A stretch of DNA of 64,000 nucleotides from Eledone cirrhosa (taxonomy: Eukaryota): positions 21,328,001-21,392,000 of the forward strand of contig OZ024755.1 in assembly GCA_964016885.1 (NCBI GenBank), in the 5' to 3' direction. Both the position numbers and the translations under genes were made by a program. The notes below the pieces were generated by a model. The model was not told the DNA's origin, made no database searches, and worked only from the letters and a program-made list of their open reading frames with translations. Below are positions 24,671 to 35,199 of this stretch, in pieces. Positions within the stretch are counted from its first letter, which is position 1. Every line of letters begins with the position of its first letter.

Positions 24671-25425
24671 CTATTACCCACTCAACTACCCCAAGTATCG
24701 AGTACTCTGATGCGTTATGGTCCACCTGTTATCTTACCACACCTTCTTTGTTATATATATATATATAGAGAGAGAGAGAGAAATAGACATAGTTATGTGG
24801 TTAAGGAGTTTACTTGCAACCATATGGTTTAGGGTTCAATCCCAGTGTGTGTGACAAGAGTCTGCTACTGAAGCTTTGGGTTAACCAATGGCCTTGTGAG
24901 TGAAATTTAGTATGGAAACTCTGTAAAAGCCCATCGTGTGTATGTATGTTTGAGTGAATGTGTGCATATATATATACATACATAAATATATATATCTTTT
25001 GGAAAATGATATATCCACTAACCTAAAAATCAAACAATTGCTTTATGAATAAAATCCCTGAGATATTTGATTTATATCCCATTAGGTAAATGGGTCATAT
25101 TTCTCCTTCTCTATCTACACACACACACACAGACATATATCTTGTCACTCTTGCTGTAAGAAATGTTTTACATCAAGTTATATATACTCCCTTGTCACTC
25201 TTGTTGTCAGAAATACAATAAACCAAAGATAAGCCCTTTGAAGACCTATATCCAATGATATTATCGTTCACAAACTATGACAATTAAAATAAATAAACTC
25301 TTAGCATCATGGTGCCCCAGCATGGCCAGTCAAATGACTGAAACCACCAAAAGAATTAAGAAATATGATTAATATATATGTATATATATATATGTGTGTG
25401 TGTGTGGTGTAAACATGTGTGCGTG

Positions 25426-25463
<38 letters not shown>

Positions 25464-25466
<3 letters not shown>

Positions 25467-25541
25467 GGTCTCTCCCCAACATTTATACATACTTTGATTA
25501 GAATGCTGTTGAAATGTGTATACATGTTTTGGGGCACCCTG
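25464..25541. mobile_element. Tiny Tc1-like MITE
   Basis: CAGGGT...CCCCAACATTTATACA / TGTATACATGTTTTGGGGCACCCTG-TA in a (TA)n context. Confidence 0.55.
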
Positions 25542-25773
25542 TATGTGTGTGTATACATAAGTATATATATATATATGTCTGTGTGTGTGTAGATAGAGAA
25601 GGAGAAATATGACCCATTTACAAAAGAAAGGTGCAAACACTCCAATTAGTTTATAAACACAAGTAATAACATAAGCTACTATTAAAGTTACTAATTATAA
25701 GCCCCCACCCATTTCTACTAACTAAAGGTGATTTATTTTGATGTTATTGTTACTAAAAGACCTGTATTTTTAC

Positions 25774-26301
25774 CTGAATATTTTCATCAACAATTCTCAG
25801 GAAATTTTTGTGACTCTTCTCACACGGACTGTTGTTTAATTTAGAAGATTTTTCAGAAGAAACACTGCTGGACATATGCTGTACACAAGAGTTCAGTTCT
25901 TGCTTATTTATATGGTCAGAGGTTACCGTTTCTTGCTGAGAATTCAAACTAGAACATTTATCTGTTTCTAATAAAGAAAATTTCATTTCATCTGTTACAT
26001 CCTCTGAAGGTATAGTTGTATTTTCTTTTTGTTGATTAGAAGACGAAACTAAAACATAGTCCCCAACTAAAGCAGTCTCAATGTTCCCATTGTTTTCACA
26101 ACACCCCATTATTTTCATTCCATCTTGATTATCAACTGGAGAATTGGTAAAACCAGTTGAAGAATTTTTCATATTTTTTGGTTGTTCTAAAGAGGTTTTA
26201 CCAGAAGACATGTCAGACTTTGATGATTTTTTCTTCTTAGTTCCACATGCAACATATCGGTGAATAAATTGTTCTGTAGCTTTAGATATGCTATTTCCCA
26301 T
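25774..26301 (-). CDS. Putative alternative first coding exon of AIMP2 (176 aa, N-myristoylation motif)
   Basis: ACAATGG Kozak context, 528 nt open and non-repetitive, donor CAG|GTAAAA in phase 0, compatible with the exon-2 acceptor. The ORF closes 6 codons after the donor. Confidence 0.65.
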
Positions 26302-26709
26302 TGTAGTAGTCAGCAGCCAACTAACACTAACACCAGAAAACAACTAACTTTCTAAGACTGCCAGAGAAGAGTAGAGGTGTGTGTAACCAAAATAGACTGG
26401 CAGAATAGTGAGTCAGTAATGCAGGACTTTATAAAGGCATCACTTGGGTGGATTCAATCTATTAATTCTTATAAAAACAGTCCTAGCTTTACCATCTTTC
26501 AAATGGTTTGCACCATTTCAGTCTTATTAACAAACAACTGAAGGAGTTTTTGAGGTAAGGTAAAGAAAGGGGGTTATTAGTTGAAAAAACAAAACAAAAT
26601 CCTCATCTTTTCAAACAAGGACACTTAACTGATATAATAATTTAGACACAACTCTTGGTATATATTTAAAAAAGTAAGACTTCCTAGATATTTAAAGATA
26701 CTCCCTACA

Positions 26710-26740
<31 letters not shown>

Positions 26741-26743
<3 letters not shown>

Positions 26744-26975
26744 TAGCAGAATGGCCCGGCATTGCTCGGGATTCTAAACATAGATTGGCATGTTTATCCC
26801 TTCTTTCTGAAACAGTACAGAGAAGTATGGAATACCTCGGCCTTGCGGCCGTCGAATAGCAGATTCCACTGACGATTCATTTACCCGCCTTGTTCTTTTT
26901 CTTGCCGCTTTCGCAGTATTTCGGCCAATGGAGTATCTCTTCCTTCGAGGAATGAACTGGTATCTATATATGATG
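26741..26975. mobile_element. Helentron/Helitron-like terminus inserted in (TA)n
   Basis: TACTAGC...CCCGGCATTGCTCGGG subterminal hairpin directly after a (TA)n tract. Confidence 0.5.
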
Positions 26976-27162
26976 CGGTGTGTGTATATATATATATCAT
27001 CATCAATATTTTATATATATATATATGATCTTGCTGAAATTATATTTGTATATATATATATTGCAAGAGATATCAACATGAATGGACCTGTTATTTTTAT
27101 CTAAAGACATTTTTTCTAATTCCATCCTGCCCCTCCCCTCAATCTATTTTATTTCTCATTCT

Positions 27163-27199
27163 TTCTTCCGATGAAGGACTAGCGTCCGAAACGTTAAGG
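27163..27199 (+). ncRNA. Minimal type-I hammerhead-ribozyme-like motif (PLE-type), U4C variant
   Basis: CCGATGA-A-GGAC-TAGC-GTCC-GAAA-CGTT-A, with a perfect 4-bp stem II, palindromic AACGTT and a weak 3-bp stem I. Confidence 0.6.
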
Positions 27200-27729
27200 C
27201 CCTCTTCCTGCTATATCAAGCGTTAACCTAATATATACCTTCCATATACTGTACCGATTGTGTTGTTATTTCTGTTTACCTTATGCACATATATATACAC
27301 ACACACCTATATTTCATTTACATTCATTTAAATCAATTACTCTCAGGTTTTGAATAATGCCCCCCACCGCTTATTAAATTTTGCTAATCTATCCCCAGCG
27401 AAATGTTATTGTAAGTGATTCATATCGATACAGCAACTAGAGAATCTAATAATAATTTTATTTTACATTAAAAAACATTATATATGACAAAGGACATTAC
27501 AAGAAATCCCATATTTATGAATGTGCACTATGCAATTACTGATTCCCCCGTGCCTTGCTTATAAGAATTTAAGTAAATATCCACCTGTCACCCACCCACC
27601 CCCCACCTATTTTTGGGGACCTGAGAGTACAATCATTTCCCTCCATATTTTTTCTAATCATTAACACATACACACACACATATATATATATGTGTGGATC
27701 CACCATAGATCCTTTCGGCCTCCCCCCCC

Positions 27730-28110
27730 CCCCCCTGCCTTCCACACCATGTTGCTTTCAAGGGTGGGGCTTGACCAACGGGACAGCAAAAGGCCAGACG
27801 GCATGACTATCTTCCCGTTCCACAGAGGTAAACCCCTCATCTGGGATGCCACATGCAGCGACACATTCTCCAGCAGCAACCTGGTGCAGTCTGCGACTAA
27901 CCCAGGCTCTGCTGCACTTTGGGCGAGGGTAAACTCTCCAAGTATCGGTCACTCTCTGACAGGTTTGCAGTCAAGCCCCTAGCAGTGGAGACTTCTGGTG
28001 TCCTTGGCCCTAGAGCTACCTCCCTACTCACCACCATAGGCGCCGAGCCGCAGGTGTGAGCCTTGCAAGATGGAATGGCTCTTCCAGTGTATCCCCCTAA
28101 ACATCCTCCG
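27730..28110 (+). mobile_element. Fragment of an RLE-type non-LTR retrotransposon (CRE-like)
   Basis: GLDQRDSKRPDGMTIFPFHRGKPLIWDATCSDT...[frameshift]...SKYRSLSDRFAVKPLAVETSGVLG resembles the PD..D restriction-like endonuclease with K..KY and VETxG motifs. Confidence 0.8.
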
Positions 28111-28464
28111 GGGAAACACCTTCTCTATTCTGTACACCAGTGCATGGGACCCCATTTGTTCATAATAGTGAGAGATAGGGAGGGCAAGAAAGATGGAGGC
28201 GATGACAGTGGGAGTTTGGTATATATGTGTGTCTGTCTGAACAATAAAAACAGAAGTCAGACATCTGTTTTCATTGTTCAAACACACATATATGTAAATG
28301 ACTCTGCAACCCAGATTGATTTTCATTGAGGATACCTTAGGTCGCTACCACCTACCACAAGAACTACTGGTCACACTGCCGATTCTCACCGCAACTATCC
28401 TTCCTAGGATACATTGAGTTCTAACAATGTTATCAGCCCCACCGCAACCATGTGGACACCGATA

Positions 28465-28945
28465 TATATATAAAGTTGTAGTTCCTCTCTGTCTGTTTGT
28501 TTGTTCACGAACTCCTCCTCCATAACCATATATATTCTGAAACTACATTGCCCAGGGTACTTGGATAAGTATATTTCATTTCAATGAAAGGGTTCCCCGG
28601 GGGCACAAACCCCCGCTGAAAATTTTTCCCCTTCGATTTATATGAAATTTAAACTATAGGTAAATGTCAAGATGGATGCCTATTCACAAAAGTTTTGAAT
28701 TGATATTTTGAAAAAAATTATTTCCAAGAAACAAAATAAGAATAAGATTTAATAATGTAATTTTGATTTTTATATATTACAAAAAATGTTTTTCAATTTT
28801 TCATGCATTACATTTTACATTGAGTAATATTGAAATGCAGAGTTTTTTCTCCATAAATTATATCACTGATTTAAAATCAATCATCATTTTCTTACAAAAA
28901 AAATATGTGAAACGCAGCATGGCGCAGGTAATTCGGCTAGTATAT
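28465..28945 (+). mobile_element. Non-autonomous Helentron-like (HINE/DINE-type) element
   Basis: It starts TATATAAAGTT...GTCTGTTTGTTTG...AACTCCTCC and ends with a GC-rich stretch plus GCTAGT followed by (TA)n. Confidence 0.55.
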
Positions 28946-29324
28946 ATATATTATAAATTAGAATTTATGGTTTGTTATTGTGGGTGGGTGAATGGATAGA
29001 GGGGGAAGAAAGTGAAACAGAATGACAGACAGATTTTTTTTTTATTGCCATAGATAGCAAGCAGCTACTCTGACCACTAATCATCTTGTCAACACTGTGA
29101 CAGAGAAAGAGGGTGGCAGGGAGGAAGATATCCAATTACAATTTCCCAAACAAATCTAGCACAAAGCAGTTGATACATAACACTTGCATTTTATTATGAA
29201 GATGTACTGTGTGTGTGTGTGTGTAAAAATACACATATGCAGACCATTATATATAAAAGTTAAGTAGAGTAGAGCAACAGTGTTTCGGGGTGAGATGGCG
29301 AGTTGTATGGCAGTGGATTATATA

Positions 29325-29359
<35 letters not shown>

Positions 29360-29731
29360 CACGTTTAAATTTGGTGGTTCACCACTGGGTAGAATTGATC
29401 TTTCCTTGAAGTAAACCATGATGTAATATTATGAAAACCCTCAAAGTTATGCAGTTTCTTCCAAAATATTATGCAATTATACACCTGATGATGTCACTAG
29501 GTTTAAACGTAAACTGGCCACTGAGATGACCATAGTGTTTGCAGTAACAAAAATTTTAAGGAATACAACCTGTCCAGCCTCATGTCATTTACCCTATAAT
29601 ATATATATATATATATATATACAGTATTTTCCGTAGTGTTGTAATATAAATATTACACACAGTAGATGGACAGCTCACGTAGAGTTTGCTCGACGGTTCC
29701 AGTTGTAGTTCCAAAAGTAATCCGGAGAAAA

Positions 29732-29966
29732 ATAGAAGGATTTTAATGGATACAGTTTAGTTAAAAGGAATTTATTGACACATGTTTCTATAACAGTTAC
29801 ATAACCTGAAAATAGGAAATGACAGTTGATAATAACATTGAAATATTGAATGTCTGCATAACTAATACCTTGTAGATAGCAGCTGTTTTCAGGTTATGTA
29901 ACTGTTATAGAAACACGTGTCAATAAATTCCTTTTAACTAAACTGTATCCATTAAAATCCTTCTAT
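29732..29966. repeat. Inverted repeat H3: about 84-bp arms, 67-nt spacer
   Basis: ATAGAAGGATTTTAATGGATAC...CCTGAAAATAG (29732-29815) vs CTGTTTTCAGG...ATTAAAATCCTTCTAT (29883-29966). Confidence 0.95.
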
Positions 29967-29986
29967 ATATATATATATAGATAGAC

Positions 29987-30110
29987 GTAGTAACACAACA
30001 GTTAGTTCACCATACCGAGAACAAATGTTTCACCTTGCGGAGTCCAAGCAGAAGATCCGCAAGGTGAAACATTTGTTCTCGGTATGGTGAACTAACTGTT
30101 GTGTTACTAC
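29987..30110. repeat. Inverted repeat H4: 55-bp perfect arms, 14-nt loop
   Basis: GTAGTAACAC...CCTTGCGGA-GTCCAAGCAGAAGA-TCCGCAAGG...GTGTTACTAC. Confidence 0.95.
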
Positions 30111-30176
30111 TTCTACCAAACTCGTCCCATGGACTGAGTGCTCTACTACTACGGATATAACCCTCCAGTGTTCTAC

Positions 30177-30217
<41 letters not shown>

Positions 30218-30220
<3 letters not shown>

Positions 30221-30545
30221 TCATCATCATTTTACGTCCGCTTTTCCCTGCTTGCAAGGGTGGGACGGGAACTGATTCTGGCTTGATTACTACAGCTGGA
30301 TGCCCTTCCTAAGACCAACCTCATTTACAGTGAGTGCTGTGTGCTTTTTTGCCGTGGCACCTCCACGACCACTTTACAGTGGAATGATAGGGATCCCAGT
30401 CCCTATCATCTCATTTCTACAGCTGAGTAAACTGGAGCAATGTGAAATAAAGTGTCTTGCTCAAGGAAACAACACATCACCCGGTCTGAGAATTGAACTC
30501 ACAACCTTTCGATTGCAAGGCCAATGCTCTAACCACTAAGCCATG
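30218..30545 (-). mobile_element. Young CORE-type SINE
   Basis: Near-identical to 1695-2034. Confidence 0.9.
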
Positions 30546-33213
30546 AATTTATATATGAATATATGAATTTGCAATCATAAGGTAAGGTTGTGAATTCGAT
30601 TCCTGGACTGGGTGATTCATTATGATCTTGAGCAAGACACTTTATTTTACGTTGCTCTTTCTTCCTGGACTTGCGACAGATAGATAATATTAGCAACTGG
30701 AAAGACCAATGGAAACACTGTTTCCTCAGTCTGGGATCTTGACAATTGGCTGTTGATGCAAAAATATATGTTGCATACCAAGGACCAGCCGGTAAAAGAC
30801 AAAACATTTTTTTTTGTCGTTTTTGTCACAGTTACTGTTGATGCCAATTCTTTTTCCAGCATATTTTCTACTGTGTTTTTGTATTAATAAGGTATTTCTA
30901 ATATATTTCAATATGCTATAGCCCACGAGATGACCAGTAAATTTGGTAGGTGAGTATTCTGAAAACCCGATCCTTTGTATATGTGCGTGTTTGTGTAGTC
31001 TTCGCCTCTAAAACACTGTCAAGTTGGTGAATCTTTACCATATTGAGAGGTAGGGGTTAGTGTCAGAAAGGGCACCCAGCCATAGAAATTTACTATAGAT
31101 AAAGCAAGGCATTAATACATATAATAAATAATTTTTACAAGAATTTTTTAAAACATATTTAATAAATGCAGCATGTTTTATGAATATGTTCCCTGCTCAT
31201 CATCATTATCATCACCATTTAACATCTTATTTTCTACGTTTGCATAGTTTAGATAGGTCCTCCACGTTGAAAAGGGTCTGGTCAGTTGGCCACGCCGAAC
31301 CTTGCTCAAACAAAACTATTTTGGCTGTTTTTACAGCTGGATGCTCTTCCTAACACCAACCATGTCTACAGTGATGACTGGGTGGTTTCACTTATTAGGC
31401 AAGTCTGGCCAGTTGCTCTTATGGGACTGCATTTTGGCAGGGTTTTACAGCTGCAGGATGCCCTTCCTAACACCAACCACATTTACAGTGTAGAACTGGG
31501 GTGATCCTGTTATGAGGTTCTGTCCAGCTGATCATGCTATAACCTGTGCTAGCTGAACGGACACATTATGAAATCATGAAATCAGCTATAGAAATGAAGT
31601 AATAAAAAGGGTTGGGAGGACTCGACAGTTATGTCAAGGGTATGGTAACCTCCTCAGTGTTGGTGCCACGATAAAATGCATCCATTAGACTCTGTAAAGT
31701 AGTTTGTGTTAAGAAGAGCATCCAGCTGTAGAAATAATGCTAAAACTAGATAATAAGTAAGGCATGGGCCCGGTCCATCTGCTTGAGCACTTTATACTGA
31801 CTTGGTGTCCAACAATCCATCTAACATACATTAGCATGGAAAAAATGGGTGTTAAATGATAACGATGATGGTGATAATAAACCAGACGTCAACAAAAAAG
31901 CTGTTAAAAAAAAATTGAGTCAAATAAATAGTTGGTTGTTAATTTCTTTAGAAACATGAAGCTAAGTGTAGTTCTGCTTCAGGTAATTGGAACAAAATAG
32001 TTGTATCTAATAAGGTTAGTCTTATAGAAGTCATTTATTTATTTATATATATATATATTCATTTTATTAAAGCTTGTTTCTCTGGAGTTTCGCCTGTTTA
32101 TCACAGTGTCATCAGACATATTTCAGCTGCAAAGCTATACCGGTGATTTGAGGTCCAAGAGTTTAGAGTTTATTTATTATGCAATTAGCTTTGTACTAAC
32201 TGTAATAATAGTCTAGACTCTACCACCTGTATTAAGAAATTATTTCGTTCGACACCATCAACATGTCTGAATATGCTTGCGCAAATGTGTGTCAGTATGT
32301 TTGTATCCCACAAAATTACTTACCTCTCTCTCTATATATATGTGGTTACCACCGATTTAACTCTGGATCTACATATATATATATATATATATATTGCAGA
32401 CTAGAACTGTTTCATTCGTATGAATATATATATACAAAAGAAGGGCTTTTACCTTCCTTTATACCCACTCTGCTTTTTTCCCATGCATTGATTACTACCC
32501 TGATTTATGGTCTCCCTAGTCTCGGCACCACAGACTTTATATATATATGAGAGTGGGGAAGATGGAGGAGCTGATCCTTGTTGAAACATGAAAACAATAC
32601 TAGTGATACTACGATGTAAGACGTGTACACAAACATTCTCAGTTTCGTTACATGTTTTACTTCAGGTAGCAATCCTTCACAAGCAATGTAACACTTGTTC
32701 ATATCAAATAGATCAAGACACAACCCGATACCCCGATAAAATAAGAAACGAACCCATCGTCAACTAGTTTACACTTAACTATCAGCAACGGTTGAGATCA
32801 ATTACTTGGAAAACGGCTGACGTAATAATGAAAATAAATTCGCTTACAAAATCAGTTCACTAGAAAAGATCTTCATCTTTTGAGGCTAACATATTAAAAT
32901 TCATTAACTAGTGTAGCATTGATTATAATTTCAGACATATTTGTATTATATATGTATATATTCATGGGATTTGAACTTGTAATAGAGTCGTAGGGGCGCC
33001 ATCATGTCGTACAGTGTGGAGTGTCTAGGGCATTTTAAAACATAGTACATCCCATCCATCTCCAGGATTATTATATACATGTTTTAAAGTTAAACTGGAC
33101 GTGTCCGTCTGGCAGCTATCCGTTTAATGTCTGTCCACGAATCACAGAGAACAAGAACATGACACGTGCTAAATAATACCAAAACCAAATTTTAGAAATT
33201 AAAATTTACTCAC

Positions 33214-33360
33214 ATCGGCTTCTGTATGACATGGGTTAATTGGTTTTATATAATACATATCTTCATTCGACAGATTTTGAAGTTTAAAAGAATGATAAGG
33301 TTTTACATAGTACATTTCACCGCTGGCGATTTGAGGCGGAAAAGAATTATCAGAAGACAT
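33214..33360 (-). CDS. AIMP2: AIMP2 exon 1 (49 codons; not in the ORF track)
   Basis: MSSDNSFPPQIASGEMYYVKPYHSFKLQNLSNEDMYYIKPINPCHTEAD|gtgagt. MYYVKPYH matches human MYQVKPYH (LysRS-binding motif). Donor is phase 0. The start could instead be the ATG at 33315. Confidence 0.9.
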
Positions 33361-35199
33361 GCTGTCGATCTGACAACACTTGATGGTGTTAGAAAGTTGT
33401 TGGCTGAATTACGCACGAAACAAATAGTGGTTCTTATTTCGTCACTGAAAATCTGGCCTGGTGCCAAATTTTACAAACAACCATGAAACAGACTCTTAAC
33501 AATAACTAAAAAGAAAAGAAAAAAAACGAATCGATTATGTCCCTTTCAAGATATTTAAAGCCCTTAATTTTTTTTTAAGGTTCTTTGATTAATATTTTAA
33601 GTTATCCTCTTAGATATTTTTTATTTAATTTTTTTAATGTATTCTATTTCAAGGGGAATCATAAAGCTTTGTTAAAAAGAATATAATGACAAATAATTCT
33701 AAAAAAAACACACATCAAATTACAACTACAAAACCTAATCTAGAGTTTGTCGCGAAATCCAATCAATAGGTATAAAATGTTATAGTAATTTGATTTAAGT
33801 AAGATTTAATGATCACCAATGATGCAATAATTAATATATTACAAACAAAGACAATGTCATTGTTCAATAATTATCTCCCTTGTGTTACATGGCTTCTTTG
33901 AAATTAACGAAACAATATAATAATGGGCAGATAATTCAATGCTTTCTATTGTAATTTTGTTTCGTTTTTTCTTTTATATTACACAAATATAAATGCTTAA
34001 TAATAAAATATTTACATAAAATACTTTATTACTTCTTTTCTTTTAATAAAAGTGCTATATTTTTTATCATGAGTTTAGGAATAATTATGAGTTGAGGAAT
34101 AATTATTTCATTTTCACTTTAACAATTATACTACGCACATACATATACAAAATGTCTGATGAAAAGAAATACGAAATGTTGTATATAAACGAGAATTGTA
34201 TATCGACAATACTTTAGTGAATAATTTACAATACCTCGTTTTAAATAAATTGAATTTAGTTTTTTTCAAAAATGATTTGATACTCTTTGTTTAGTATAAG
34301 AAACATTACCAACATTGCTGATATAAAATATTAGTATTGAATCAAACAAATATGTTCATCTTTGAATTGATATTATTAAATTCTAATCAATGTCTTTTTT
34401 TTTTTTTATATAATACTTTGTTTAATTTATAAGCATGAATTAGTATGCTTTTATATTATATTTGATCGAATACTTCGGTATGTCTTAAAAAATGAAAGTA
34501 CCTTAACAAACGAGACACTTGTGTAAAACGTAGTATATATATATGTATATATTCCTGTTAACGGATTTTTGTAATTACCAAGCTAGTTTTCAAGAATTGC
34601 TGATATATTACTTTGACCAGTTATTTAGAGTTATCCCTCTTATTCGAGAAATTCTATTTATAGATTTTTGTTTACCTAAAATAACAATATTTCATGTGAT
34701 ATTTGTTTAGAAGGAAATAGGTATAGCAAAGGAATCAACATGTAAACTTTCATAACATTCTTTTATCTGGGTGGGTTTCGTTTTTGTTTTTTTAAAATAA
34801 AAATTATATTGGGTATCTATTATAATGGTCATTTATTTATATTGTGGTGGTAGAATTTTTATAAATGATAGAGCGTCTGAGTGGACAGTGAAACATTCAG
34901 TAAGATGCTGTAGAGGTTTGACTCATACACTGTTCACTTTCCTAAAATTTGTACATTACTCTACTATACGTGCACCTTTGGAGAATTTTAGTGCACCTTA
35001 GCACTGTACACAACAATTTTCATTATTATTATTATTATTATTTATATTATATTTGATCAAACGAGGAAGCCTCTTCGTGGTCACACAAGTTGTTAGAAAT
35101 TGTTGTGAAATATCCCTCAATTTATATCATACAGTCTTAAAAGAGGAAACGACAGATTATATATATATATAGATAGATAAAAGAGAGAGAAGAAAAGGA

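Noticed and set aside
25753-26343. Full 196-aa ORF as a stand-alone single-exon gene
   Set aside because: The listed start is TTG. The ATG at 26301 and the donor at 25773 fit an exon better.
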